This document shows positions 17,111-25,698 of a DNA stretch of 63,993 nucleotides, one piece after another. The translations under genes and the position numbers were made by a program. The notes under the pieces were generated by a model. That model was not told the origin of the DNA and searched no databases. It worked only from the letters and a program-made list of their open reading frames with translations. Source of the stretch: an uncultured virus (IMG/VR IMGVR_UViG_3300046499_000512) (taxonomy: Duplodnaviria; Heunggongvirae; Uroviricota; Caudoviricetes); IMG/VR virus record IMGVR_UViG_3300046499_000512. One strand, written 5' to 3'. Position 1 is the stretch's first letter. Each line of letters opens with the position of its first letter.

Positions 17111-17623
17111 TCAGTCGAGGCGGCCGAGTACTTCGGTGATCCGCTTGAGGCTCTGCGGGCCGACGCCGGAGATCCGGCGGATGTCCGCTCCGGTCATCTC
17201 CAGCAGCATTTCGATGAGGACGTCGCTGCGGGCGAACTCCTCGGACCAGTAGTTCGGGGGCGAGTCCCCGTTGCGCTGGTCGGGGATCTTGTCGTACGCC
17301 TGCCGTACCAGGTGTTCCCGGAGTCGGCGGGCGGTGCGGTGCCCTGTCTCGTCGTGGCCCAGCAGCTCGAAGAGGGGGCGGTCACGGCAACCGGGCGGGC
17401 AGGCGCTGCTTATGCGGGGTCCCCGCTGCTGCTGTTCCCTGCGCCGGGCCTTGCTGCTGTCCGGGGTGTCGGGGTCGTGACCGGGGCAGAAGTAGAAGAC
17501 GCCGGTCGGGGTGCCCCGGCGGACCCAGTTGTGTCGGTAGAGGAGCTGTTCGCTCTTGCGGACGGTCAGGTTGTGCGTTTCGAAGGTGCTCTTGCAGTCC
17601 GGGTGACCGCAGGTGATCAGCAT
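17111..17623 (-). CDS. Zn-binding protein with C-terminal RNA polymerase alpha-CTD-like HhH
   Basis: LLEMTGADIRRISGVGPQSLKRITEVL; RBS CAGGAG; promoter motif 17662-17676. Confidence 0.65.
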   Translation of the reverse strand: MLITCGHPDCKSTFETHNLTVRKSEQLLYRHNWVRRGTPTGVFYFCPGHDPDTPDSSKARRREQQQRGPRISSACPPGCRDRPLFELLGHDETGHRTARRLREHLVRQAYDKIPDQRNGDSPPNYWSEEFARSDVLIEMLLEMTGADIRRISGVGPQSLKRITEVLGRLD

Positions 17624-17723
17624 GCAAGGGGCTCCTGGCTGGGTACGGGTCAGGTTTCGCATATCTACCCTAGCACATAGCAATGCCCCCGGCAGTGATC
17701 ACCGGGGGCACGCAGGGTGTCGC

Positions 17724-18065
17724 TCAGTTCCCTTCCAGCCGGACGTGAACGCAGTTGGTCGCCTCCGGCCGGATGTTGATAGGGCCGTCGCCCTGGATCC
17801 GGAGCGTGCCGTCCAGTTCGTGACAGACCATCACGCTACCCCAGCCCTGGTCGAACCGAACCATGGCATTCGGGGGAAGGAACGTGTGTCCGTTGCCCAT
17901 CTTGGCCATGATCCGGACGTTGCTCGGGGGCAGTTCCCCCTTGAGCTGGGCGATCTCGTTGTGCTGGGCGGAGATCTTGGCCCGGTAGGAGTCCAGCAGT
18001 TCCTGGGCCCAGACGGGCAGCTTGGCTTCGCGGATCTTCGGGGGAAAGGGAGGAGGGGTGGTCAT
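17724..18065 (-). CDS. Hypothetical actinophage protein
   Basis: RBS CAGGAG; REAKLPVWAQELL...IRPEATN. Confidence 0.7.
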   Translation of the reverse strand: MTTPPPFPPKIREAKLPVWAQELLDSYRAKISAQHNEIAQLKGELPPSNVRIMAKMGNGHTFLPPNAMVRFDQGWGSVMVCHELDGTLRIQGDGPINIRPEATNCVHVRLEGN

Positions 18066-18093
18066 GAGGACTCCTGGGAGGTCGGGGAGGGGA

Positions 18094-18357
18094 TTAGAAC
18101 CAGGCGGACACGGGGGCGGGCGGGAGGCCGTAGAGACCGGCGCGGTCGTCCTCGGCGAGCAACTGCTCGTAGTCGCCGGTGCCGACGATGGAGTGGCCGC
18201 AGTCACCGTAGCGGCGGGCGATGGCGGCTTCCAGCTCGGCTTCGGCTTCGGCTTCGACGCGCTCGTACATCTCCTGGGCGGTGTAGACGACCTCGCCGTC
18301 CCAGAGGTCGCCTGCCGTGGCGTAGGCCCAGCTCTCGTTCGCTATGCGTTCCATCAT
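18094..18357 (-). CDS. Small acidic early protein, 87 aa
   Basis: RBS AAGGAG; promoter TTGCAC-N17-TAGGGT at 18391-18424. Confidence 0.75.
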   Translation of the reverse strand: MMERIANESWAYATAGDLWDGEVVYTAQEMYERVEAEAEAELEAAIARRYGDCGHSIVGTGDYEQLLAEDDRAGLYGLPPAPVSAWF

Positions 18358-18461
18358 CGCCGGTCTCCTTCGTGGTGTCCGTGACTGCTATATCTACCCT
18401 AGCACATCGATATGGCCTGTGCAATAGGGGGACCCTAGCACTTCCGGTTGCGCTACAGTAG

Positions 18462-18737
18462 ACCCTGCAAGGCCCCTGGGGTACCTGATCACCCTGGAAG
18501 TCCTGCAACGAACCCTTCCGCGAGAGCTGTCCGGAGGGGTTCGTGCAATCCGGTGCAGGGTTGAACTAGCCTCGGCTAGGCTGTGCCGCGTGTTCGCCGG
18601 GATCAGCAGCCGGAACCAGGGAACTGGATCCTCCCGCAAGCGGTACCCAATCAGGGGAATCACGCCGCGCGGGGTATAGAGGCCCCCGGGAACGCCCAGC
18701 CTTGAGCCCCCGCCCTGTTCCTACAGGCGGGGGCTCT
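18462..18737 (+). ncRNA. Candidate structured ncRNA A
   Basis: GCTACAGTAGA promoter-like motif 18452-18462; long-range pairings 18462-69/18554-61 and 18509-20/18532-43; CCAG-GGAA-CTGG GNRA hairpin; terminator 18705-18737. Confidence 0.5.
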
Positions 18738-18990
18738 CGTGCGTCCGGAGACAGCAAACCGCCCGCCCTCGGCCATCCCAGAACGAAGGCGGGCAGTAAG
18801 CCCTATGGCCCGGCGCTGGCGCGGGGTTACCGCTGACCGGGCCGCACTGGGGCCGCGCTGCGGGAAGCCTAACGGACAGCAGAACGCCCGCTCCCCCAGA
18901 GGTCAGAAAGAGGGAACGGGCATCCTGCGCCTTTGACTCGACCGGGTCGCCCGAAGAGCGGTAACGGAGGAATCGCGCTGGCCATGCGCT
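18705..18990 (-). ncRNA. Candidate structured ncRNA B (convergent with A)
   Basis: GCTAGGGTGAG promoter-like motif about 18994-19004; cUUCGg hairpin and three long G-U-containing stems on the minus strand. Confidence 0.45.
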
Positions 18991-19006
18991 GTGCTCACCC
19001 TAGCCG

Positions 19007-19576
19007 CTACAGGATGGGGGTGTGGACCATTCCCCCGGATCCCGGCTGGGTGAACGTCCGGATGATCTCCGGCATCAACTGCGGGACCTGCTGCCGCTGC
19101 TGCTCCGTCAGCCCCAGAGCGTCGATCATCCGCTCCAGGATCAGGAACATCGCGTCGGCCTGCTGCTCCTGCAAGGCCAACTGCCGTTCCTCCACACCGA
19201 TGGCGTGGCAGAGCTTGATGCACTCCCGCAGCTCCTTGCGCTCCTGCATCCACAGGTCCAGCCACGCGGCCTCGTGAGTCTGCGCCGACTGGAGCGCGCC
19301 CTTGTCATCGAAATGATCTTCGGTCAGCGGGAGAAGGTTCGGCGCCCACAAGGACATCTGGGACTCGATCCACCGGACCATCGCCAGGGCCCGCCGGAAG
19401 GCCTCCACGGCGGCCTCTGTGGGGGTGATGTCCTCCGGGACGTCGAACCCGCCACCGAAGGACTTATCGTCTATGATCTGCCGCCGCAGCCGCATCACTT
19501 GCTGCCGCTTGACCTGCATTTCTCTGGTGGGGCGGCCGATCTTGGGGCTGTCTTCGTCGCCTAACTTGGGGCTCAC
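19007..19576 (-). CDS. Putative terminase small subunit-like protein; TTA at codon 5
   Basis: Helical protein with W..ERKEL...GVEERQLALQEQQA pattern seen in actinophage TerS-like proteins; RBS GAAAGG. Confidence 0.5.
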   Translation of the reverse strand: MSPKLGDEDSPKIGRPTREMQVKRQQVMRLRRQIIDDKSFGGGFDVPEDITPTEAAVEAFRRALAMVRWIESQMSLWAPNLLPLTEDHFDDKGALQSAQTHEAAWLDLWMQERKELRECIKLCHAIGVEERQLALQEQQADAMFLILERMIDALGLTEQQRQQVPQLMPEIIRTFTQPGSGGMVHTPIL

Positions 19577-19598
19577 TTGTCTGCCTTTCGTTCGAGGG

Positions 19599-19790
19599 TC
19601 ACCGCAAGGGGCCGTCGCTGATCCAGTGGTCCGCGTCACCGGTTTCCTCGCCCTGCGGGGAGTCCCATGTGTGCTCCCAGATGGTGACGGATCCATCGTC
19701 CCATCCGGCGAGCTGAACGCCGTACTGCCGTTCGAGTGCACCCAGGGCCGTCTTGACGGCTTTGACCCGGTCTTCCCAGCTCATATCCAT
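19599..19790 (-). CDS. Hypothetical protein, 63 aa
   Basis: Directly after promoter motif 19792-19806 (possibly leaderless). Confidence 0.6.
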   Translation of the reverse strand: MDMSWEDRVKAVKTALGALERQYGVQLAGWDDGSVTIWEHTWDSPQGEETGDADHWISDGPLR

Positions 19791-19811
19791 GTATCTATCC
19801 TAGCATCTCGG

Positions 19812-21836
19812 CTACTTGGCGAACTGCTTGCCGTCGATCTTCATCGGTACTCCCCTACCGTTGAACCCGTTGTCGATGTAGCCGAAGTAGTCGTGCCACA
19901 GATCCACCCCGGCCTTCTTGACCAGGTGGGAGTACTCCTCCTCAAGGTCCCGGGGAATCAGCGGGATCATCGAGTCGTGGACCTCCATCAGGAGACCGGC
20001 CCGGCCGATGCCCTCCTTCGCGGCCCGCTTGTGAACCCCGAGCCGCTGGCAGATCTGCTCCCCCTCCAACAGCCAGTGCAGCATGTACTGCCCCAGGCTC
20101 CCCTGGACGTGCTGGTTCCAGGCCAGCCGGGTGTCCTCACCGAAGCGGATGTACCGGTTCTGCCCGCCGATCAGCGGCACGAACTTGTTCGTCCGGGCGA
20201 AGCCGTCCCACTTCTCGATCGCCCGGTTCAGCTCCGGGTAGGCGCGGTGGAAGCCGGTGTGGATCTCCTTCAGCTCCCACGGCTTCATCTTGACCTTGCC
20301 CTTGGTCATCTTGACCATCATGTTCCCGAGCGTGGTCGGCCCGGCGCCGTACTCCAGGGACAGGTTCGCGACCTTGCCGACCTGACGGGGTGCTCCGAGC
20401 TGCTCGGCGGTGAACGTGTGCAGGTCGACGTCATCGAAGTAGGCGGCCAGCATCTTCTTGCACTTGGACAGCAGCGCTCCGAGCCGCAGTTCGGCCTGGG
20501 ACAGGTCGTACTCCATGAGGACCCAGCCGGGCATCGTGGCTGCCACCTGGCGGGCAATCAACTGACGCGGGGTGGGGAGGCCGTCCAGTCCTACGAATGC
20601 CAGACCCTCCAGCTTTCCGTCGTGCGGCATGGCCTGGAGGTTGGCGCGCTCGATGGAGAACCGGGTGGAGACGGTGCCGACCTGGCGGATGCGGGCGCGG
20701 ATGCGGTTGTCCTTGCCGCTCTTGTCGGCCCAGCCGTCGTAGTACATGGACTGGGCGCGGGTGAGGAGGGTGTAGATCTGCCACTCGTAGGCCCAGGGCA
20801 CTTGCTGTTCGGCCAGCTCGCGCAGTACCTCCGAGTTCAGGGAGGGTTCGCCGGTGTTCTCGCTGCGGACGGCGGGGACAAGTCCGAGGGAGCGGTGACC
20901 GCGCCGGTTGATCTTGTCGGTGCTGCCGTAGAAGTAATCCTTGGCGTGATCGCCGGTCGGTTCGAACGGCAGTGTCTTGCCCAGCTCTTCGCGGGCCACG
21001 GCGACGCGCTGTGCGGCCTCCCTGGACTCTTCCACGGCGTAGGGCATGCCGCGTACCTCCTGCTGTACCAGGAGCCGCAGGACGGGCAGCAGGACCGCCT
21101 TGAAGTGGGCGTACTGCGGGTGGTCGGGGGCGACGAATGCTTTCTTCTGGGCGAGGTACAGCCGGAGTGCCTTGTAGGCGTCGTCGTCGGCGTACTGCTC
21201 CATGACTTCCCACTGGGCGAGGTCGTAGCGGACGCCGCCCTTGTTGCCGCGCTTCTTTTTCTGGTTCTTCAGGTGCTGCTTGAGGCGGGTCTGGGAGTCC
21301 TTCTGGCCCTCCTCCGGCCACAGGCGTTCGGCGGTCTCCTTGAGGCCCAGCATCTCCCGGGGCCACAGCACGTAGTTGGCCAGCATCGTGTCCCAGTACA
21401 GCCGGTCGCACAGGTCGATGCCGTGCCCGTCGCCCCACCGGTAGTCCATGACGCCGCCGGTCAGCATGATCAGGTCGAACTGGGCGTTGTGGGCGATGAG
21501 CCGCTGCTTGGACAGCCAGGCGGTGAACGCCTTCCACTCCTCCAGCGGGAGGTTGATGTCCTCGGCGGAGCCCCACAGGACTTCCTGGCCGCCCCAGTCC
21601 GGCTTGCCCTCTTCCCCCTGGGCGAAGGGGAACGCGGCGGTGCGGATGTGGGCTTCGTCCTGGATGTTGTTCTCGAACCAGGCGACGGACGCGGTGGCGA
21701 TACCGCCTTCATCCGTATAGAGCGCGCTGGTCTCGAAGTCGAAGGCGACCGGGGTGTACAGGTTGTCGGGGAGCTGCGAGGGGAGGATCTGGACGCGGTT
21801 GATCGCGGTCGCGGGCAGGAACGTGGCGGGCAGCAT
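19812..21836 (-). CDS. polA: DNA polymerase, family A, with 3'-5' exonuclease
   Basis: ExoI DFE, ExoII HNAQFD, ExoIII YADDD; motif A DLSQAELR, motif B KVANLSLEYG, motif C VHDS. Confidence 0.95.
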   Translation of the reverse strand: MLPATFLPATAINRVQILPSQLPDNLYTPVAFDFETSALYTDEGGIATASVAWFENNIQDEAHIRTAAFPFAQGEEGKPDWGGQEVLWGSAEDINLPLEEWKAFTAWLSKQRLIAHNAQFDLIMLTGGVMDYRWGDGHGIDLCDRLYWDTMLANYVLWPREMLGLKETAERLWPEEGQKDSQTRLKQHLKNQKKKRGNKGGVRYDLAQWEVMEQYADDDAYKALRLYLAQKKAFVAPDHPQYAHFKAVLLPVLRLLVQQEVRGMPYAVEESREAAQRVAVAREELGKTLPFEPTGDHAKDYFYGSTDKINRRGHRSLGLVPAVRSENTGEPSLNSEVLRELAEQQVPWAYEWQIYTLLTRAQSMYYDGWADKSGKDNRIRARIRQVGTVSTRFSIERANLQAMPHDGKLEGLAFVGLDGLPTPRQLIARQVAATMPGWVLMEYDLSQAELRLGALLSKCKKMLAAYFDDVDLHTFTAEQLGAPRQVGKVANLSLEYGAGPTTLGNMMVKMTKGKVKMKPWELKEIHTGFHRAYPELNRAIEKWDGFARTNKFVPLIGGQNRYIRFGEDTRLAWNQHVQGSLGQYMLHWLLEGEQICQRLGVHKRAAKEGIGRAGLLMEVHDSMIPLIPRDLEEEYSHLVKKAGVDLWHDYFGYIDNGFNGRGVPMKIDGKQFAK

Positions 21837-21938
21837 GGAGGTCTCCCGATAGCGCAATAGGGGCCCTCCAAGTGGTGGGCCCCTATTGAGAGTTGACGGT
21901 CTTCAGTGGGTAATCGGGTGCCATGCCGGGCTCCGGTG

Positions 21939-22232
21939 CTACTGGTTGCTGGTGTCCGGGTCGACGTACACGTAGACGTTGTAGGTGCCGTCACCCTGCT
22001 TGAGGGCCGAGGCGCGTACTTCACCCAGGTACTGCTTCCACGGACCCCGGCGGCCGGTACGGATCTCGTTGGCCTTGACGCGGGCACCGTACTTCTCGTG
22101 CTCCTGCGAGGCGAGGATCTTGAGCCCGGGGGTCTTGCGGGCCAGACGCATGGCTTCTTCGGGGGTGCGGACGGCCTTGGAGGGGGACGCGCCGCGCGCC
22201 CGGGTCGGGGTTGTCTCGGTAGTGTCGGACAT
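21939..22232 (-). CDS. Hypothetical protein, 97 aa
   Basis: ORF with good codon usage between terminators. Confidence 0.65.
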   Translation of the reverse strand: MSDTTETTPTRARGASPSKAVRTPEEAMRLARKTPGLKILASQEHEKYGARVKANEIRTGRRGPWKQYLGEVRASALKQGDGTYNVYVYVDPDTSNQ

Positions 22233-22361
22233 GGTGGCCTGCTCTCGGCTAGGGGTTCACTTTAGATAGTGACAGCCTAGCACATTCAAGCCTCTCACCT
22301 GGTACAACAGTTCGGCCCCCGTGATCATCCACGGGGGCCGAACCTGCCGGTCACACCGGGC

Positions 22362-22988
22362 TTAGAACTCGTCGGTCTCGTCGGTCTGCGCCTGCGGGGG
22401 GACGGTGACGGCCGGGACCGTCACTGCGGCGGGCGTGGCGGGCGCGACGGCCCACGGGTCCTCCTCCTTGGCCACGGACGCGGCCGGGGCCTGCGGCGCG
22501 TACGGGTCGTCGTCGCCGCCGAACGGGGGCTCCGTGCCCTGCGCGGGCGGGATGTCCTCCTCGTAGTGCGTGGCGAACCGGCGGGCCTTCATCGTGATCT
22601 TCGGCGGGGTGCCGTAGGAGTCCTGCGTCGGGTGGATCACGACGACGGCCTCATCGTTGATCAGCTCGTCGGTGTCCGTGTCCGGGGAGTAGCCGAACGC
22701 GTGCAGCACCTTGGCGATGGCCCACTCCTGGGTCACGTCGGTGTAGTGCCAGATCCGCTCCAGGTAGCCCGTGCCCACGAACTGGGGGTGGTAGCGGGCA
22801 TCGAGCTGGAGTTCCCACGTCCACTGGATCTTGGTCGGGTTGTTCTTGGCCGGGCCGGAGGAGCAGGAGAGGAGCTTGTAGACGTAGCCCTGGCCCTGGT
22901 CGGTCGGGAGCGGCTTGAGCGCCTTCGGCTCGTTGTCGTATCCCTGGTCCTGGGCGGCCTTGACCTGCTGCTGGTTGAGCTTCGGCAT
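22362..22988 (-). CDS. Single-stranded DNA-binding protein (DUF669/gp2.5-like)
   Basis: Follows Sak4-like ATPase; acidic tail ending TDETDEF. Confidence 0.7.
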   Translation of the reverse strand: MPKLNQQQVKAAQDQGYDNEPKALKPLPTDQGQGYVYKLLSCSSGPAKNNPTKIQWTWELQLDARYHPQFVGTGYLERIWHYTDVTQEWAIAKVLHAFGYSPDTDTDELINDEAVVVIHPTQDSYGTPPKITMKARRFATHYEEDIPPAQGTEPPFGGDDDPYAPQAPAASVAKEEDPWAVAPATPAAVTVPAVTVPPQAQTDETDEF

Positions 22989-23029
22989 GGTTCTTGTCCT
23001 CGCGTGTCTAGTGTGCGGTGGTTCAGGGA

Positions 23030-24058
23030 TCAGGCTGCGGGGCGCTGCTGCTTGCGGGCGTTGCGGACCTGCTCGGCCTTGGCGCGGACGTCCTCGTAAC
23101 GCTGGACCTCCGTGTCCGTGGCCTCGGTCAGCTCGCCCTTCACGTACTGGTGGATACGGTCGAACGTGGGGTTCACCAGACGGAAGGGGAGGACGCCCTC
23201 ACGGTCCTTGCACTGCCGGGTCAGGGAGGCCTTCGTCTCGGCCGTGACCAGGGTGACCTGCTCCGAGGGGCCCGTCTTGAGGGTTTCGGCGCTGAGCCGA
23301 ATGACCAGGTCGACGTAGCTGCGCAGGGAGTTGGAGATCTTGTTCGGCAGTTCCGGGCCGATCGCCTTGCCGCCGTTGTCGGAGACCGCGTCGTCCTTCT
23401 CCAGGGCGGTGATCACGAAGTGGCAGCCCAGGTCACGGAAGCCACGGAAGAGCGTCCGGGCCTGGTTGGTGAGAAGGCCGTAGTCCTGAAGCTGGGGCGA
23501 GTGGGGGCCCTCGCGGAGGGTCTTGCCCTCCGCCAGCTTCTTGTCCCGCATGACCTGCGGGAGGGACTGCTCCTTTTCGTAGGCGTAGGCCGTGATGTCC
23601 TGGAGGAGACCGGCGATCAGGTCCGTGGCGGAGTCGAATCCGACGCCCTTGATGGACCCGGGCGACCTTTGCAGGGCGTTGCGCAGCCGGTACAGCAGCG
23701 TTTCGAGGGAATCGTAGGTGATCTCCTCGCCTTTGCTGCGGTCGGGCCAGATGACGACCTTGCTGGTGTCGACGCCGAGCGCCTTGAGGGCCTGCTTCTT
23801 CAGGCCGCCCTCGGCGTTGATGACGACGGTCAGGCCGTCGCCGGGGAGGTTGGCGAGGAAGGCCATGCAGGACGTCTTGCCGGTTCCGGCGTCCCCGAAC
23901 AGGAGGGCGTTCGTGAACTCGTCGGCCTCTTCGAGGGCCACGAGACCGAGCGCTTCCATCGGGTCGTAGGGGCCCTCGGGGACGGCCGTCAGGGGCGTCG
24001 GAGGGGATGCAGCCTGGTTACCCTGGCGGGTAGGTGTAGTCGGTAGAGCGCGAGGCAC
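23030..24058 (-). CDS. AAA_24 / Sak4-like ATPase (start uncertain: 24058 or 23960)
   Basis: LLFGDAGTGKTS, FDS, HFVITALE motifs. Confidence 0.85.
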   Translation of the reverse strand: MPRALPTTPTRQGNQAASPPTPLTAVPEGPYDPMEALGLVALEEADEFTNALLFGDAGTGKTSCMAFLANLPGDGLTVVINAEGGLKKQALKALGVDTSKVVIWPDRSKGEEITYDSLETLLYRLRNALQRSPGSIKGVGFDSATDLIAGLLQDITAYAYEKEQSLPQVMRDKKLAEGKTLREGPHSPQLQDYGLLTNQARTLFRGFRDLGCHFVITALEKDDAVSDNGGKAIGPELPNKISNSLRSYVDLVIRLSAETLKTGPSEQVTLVTAETKASLTRQCKDREGVLPFRLVNPTFDRIHQYVKGELTEATDTEVQRYEDVRAKAEQVRNARKQQRPAA

Positions 24059-24128
24059 GCGAGTCTCTTTTCGTACGGGTTGACGTGTCACTTCCGGATT
24101 GGCGCCGGGTCGCTTGGTGCTAGGTACT

Positions 24129-24158
24129 AAGGTAGACACATCGTGTAGGACGTGTCAA
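24129..24158 (-). promoter_or_regulatory. Sigma70/HrdB-type promoter TTGACA-N18-TACCTT
   Basis: Perfect -35 and 18-bp spacer upstream of the ATPase. Confidence 0.7.
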
Positions 24159-24245
24159 CCAGGGCCAGAGGCCTTGCCAGCAGCGTTCATTGCAGGAGAA
24201 ATACTCACACTACAGGTAGCCACTGACAAGGCCTGGGGGGTGAAG

Positions 24246-24635
24246 TCACTTGCCGCCCTTGGCGGTCCGCTCCTTGATCAGCGCCGCCATATGCAGCTTG
24301 GTTGAGGTGGTGTGCCAGGCCAGCAGGTTGAACACGACGGCCGCCCCATGGTCCTCATCGACATCCCCGGCTATCCACTGGGCGAAGTGGCGGGCCGCAG
24401 AGGCTACGAAGCGATCCAGTTCCTCCTGTGTGCGCGCTTTCTCCCAGTTGCGCTCCCCGTACTTTTCCGCACCCCGGGCCATCAACTCGGCCACTCGTGT
24501 CAGGAACTGCACGTCGTACGGGACGCCCTCGGCCCACAGCAGGTCGTGGCGGGCCTTCCCCTCCTGGGTATCCCGCCGCATCCCGGTGGAGTACTCCTCA
24601 CGGATCCCGCTGTCCTTGGTCACGAACTCGGTCAT
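24246..24635 (-). CDS. dATP/dGTP diphosphohydrolase-domain protein (DUF5664)
   Basis: GMRRDTQEGKARHDLL...GAEKYGERNWEK...SAARH...EDHGAAVVFN. Confidence 0.85.
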   Translation of the reverse strand: MTEFVTKDSGIREEYSTGMRRDTQEGKARHDLLWAEGVPYDVQFLTRVAELMARGAEKYGERNWEKARTQEELDRFVASAARHFAQWIAGDVDEDHGAAVVFNLLAWHTTSTKLHMAALIKERTAKGGK

Positions 24636-24871
24636 GCCGTCTTCTCCCGCATCAGTTCTTCCTTGCGCCAGGCCCAGAAGTTGCGGCTGTAGACGTAGCC
24701 GTAGAGGCCTGCGGAGACGAGAAAGCCCCACTGCTCCGTGGTCACCGCGTAGGCGACCCAGAGGGCCTGTGCGCCGATTCCTACGGCCCATCCGCCGGAA
24801 CTCTTGCGACCGGCCAGCCACAGACCGAAGACGCCTACAGCGGTGAGCAGATAGCTCCAGTACGGATTCAC
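24632..24871 (-). CDS. Small membrane protein (PnuC-like half)
   Basis: Three hydrophobic segments; GLWLAGRK..GW...QALW..YA....QWGF. Confidence 0.7.
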   Translation of the reverse strand: MNPYWSYLLTAVGVFGLWLAGRKSSGGWAVGIGAQALWVAYAVTTEQWGFLVSAGLYGYVYSRNFWAWRKEELMREKTA

Positions 24872-24872
24872 G

Positions 24873-25055
24873 TCAGTCGTCCTTGTCCAGGGGGATCCGG
24901 CGCGGGGCCCAGTCGTCTTCCGCCAGCCGCTTCTTGATCGCTTCCAGGGTGCTCGGGGAGACCGTGAGCACGACCATCATCCGCCGGTAGTACGCGGCGT
25001 CCCGTCGCTCCCGGCGCTGCTCCAGCCACGCCGTGAACCGCTTCCAGGCCTTCAT
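24873..25055 (-). CDS. Hypothetical protein, 60 aa
   Basis: RBS GAGGAGG; ATGA overlap. Confidence 0.65.
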   Translation of the reverse strand: MKAWKRFTAWLEQRRERRDAAYYRRMMVVLTVSPSTLEAIKKRLAEDDWAPRRIPLDKDD

Positions 25056-25414
25056 GATTTCCTCCTCTTGCCGCTGTACCAGGGCAGCGCCAAACCGTCG
25101 TTTTCCGCCCTCGGAACAAGGTGGAGATGCAGGTGGAAAACGGACTGTGTGGCTTCCCGGCCCCGGCTGGTGATGACGTTCATCGGGCGGGGTGTCCAGC
25201 GCATCAACTCCGCCGCACGCCGGGCGGTTGCCGCGAAGATCTCCGGATCGGCGGCGAAATCCGCGACGTGGGTCTTCGGGACGATCAGGCAGTGGCCTTC
25301 GGTCACCGGGTTCAGCGGGACGAAGGCAACCGCGTCGGGCCACGTATCGGGCGAGAGGATCCATTCGGCGGGTGCCCGCCCTGCGACGATTTCGCAGAAC
25401 GGGCAATCCGTCAC
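25052..25414 (-). CDS. HIT-family nucleotide hydrolase
   Basis: DCPFCEI...GHCLIVPKTH...QSVFHLHLHLVPR. Confidence 0.9.
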   Translation of the reverse strand: MTDCPFCEIVAGRAPAEWILSPDTWPDAVAFVPLNPVTEGHCLIVPKTHVADFAADPEIFAATARRAAELMRWTPRPMNVITSRGREATQSVFHLHLHLVPRAENDGLALPWYSGKRRKS

Positions 25415-25698
25415 AGCCCCTCTTCGGTGTACGTCTTGAGGCACGACGGGCACAGGTCCCGCTCCGGTGTGCAGGACCACCCCTGGCCCCGCAGGTGCGC
25501 CCGCGCCGCTTCGTACCGCTCCAGCGTGATCATCTCGTCGTTGACGATGTAGTCGTCGGAGACAACCGCCCAGCACTCATCGCAGTTGACCCCGATCCGG
25601 GCCGGGTACAGGGCGCCCGGCTCGTCGTCCGGGGCCCGCATGATGGCGGAGACGACCTCCGGCAGCAGGCTCCGGACCGGCTTTCCCAGGAGACTCAA
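25411..25698 (-). CDS. Hypothetical Zn-binding protein
   Basis: CDEC...GW...DLCPSC; TTG start overlapping thyX stop. Confidence 0.6.
   Translation of the reverse strand: MSLLGKPVRSLLPEVVSAIMRAPDDEPGALYPARIGVNCDECWAVVSDDYIVNDEMITLERYEAARAHLRGQGWSCTPERDLCPSCLKTYTEEGL

Noticed and set aside
18595..18635. SRP RNA-like words (AGCAGC, GGAA, CAGG)
   Set aside because: Elements are in the wrong order for SRP domain IV
24128..24139. TTA at codon 4 of the ATPase, and an apparent reversed early motif
   Set aside because: The GTG at 24139 lies inside a TTGACA-N18-TACCTT promoter, so the true start is downstream; not counted
24246..24635. Z-genome (2-aminoadenine) pathway
   Set aside because: No PurZ or HD-family dATPase in the window; DUF5664 alone is insufficient
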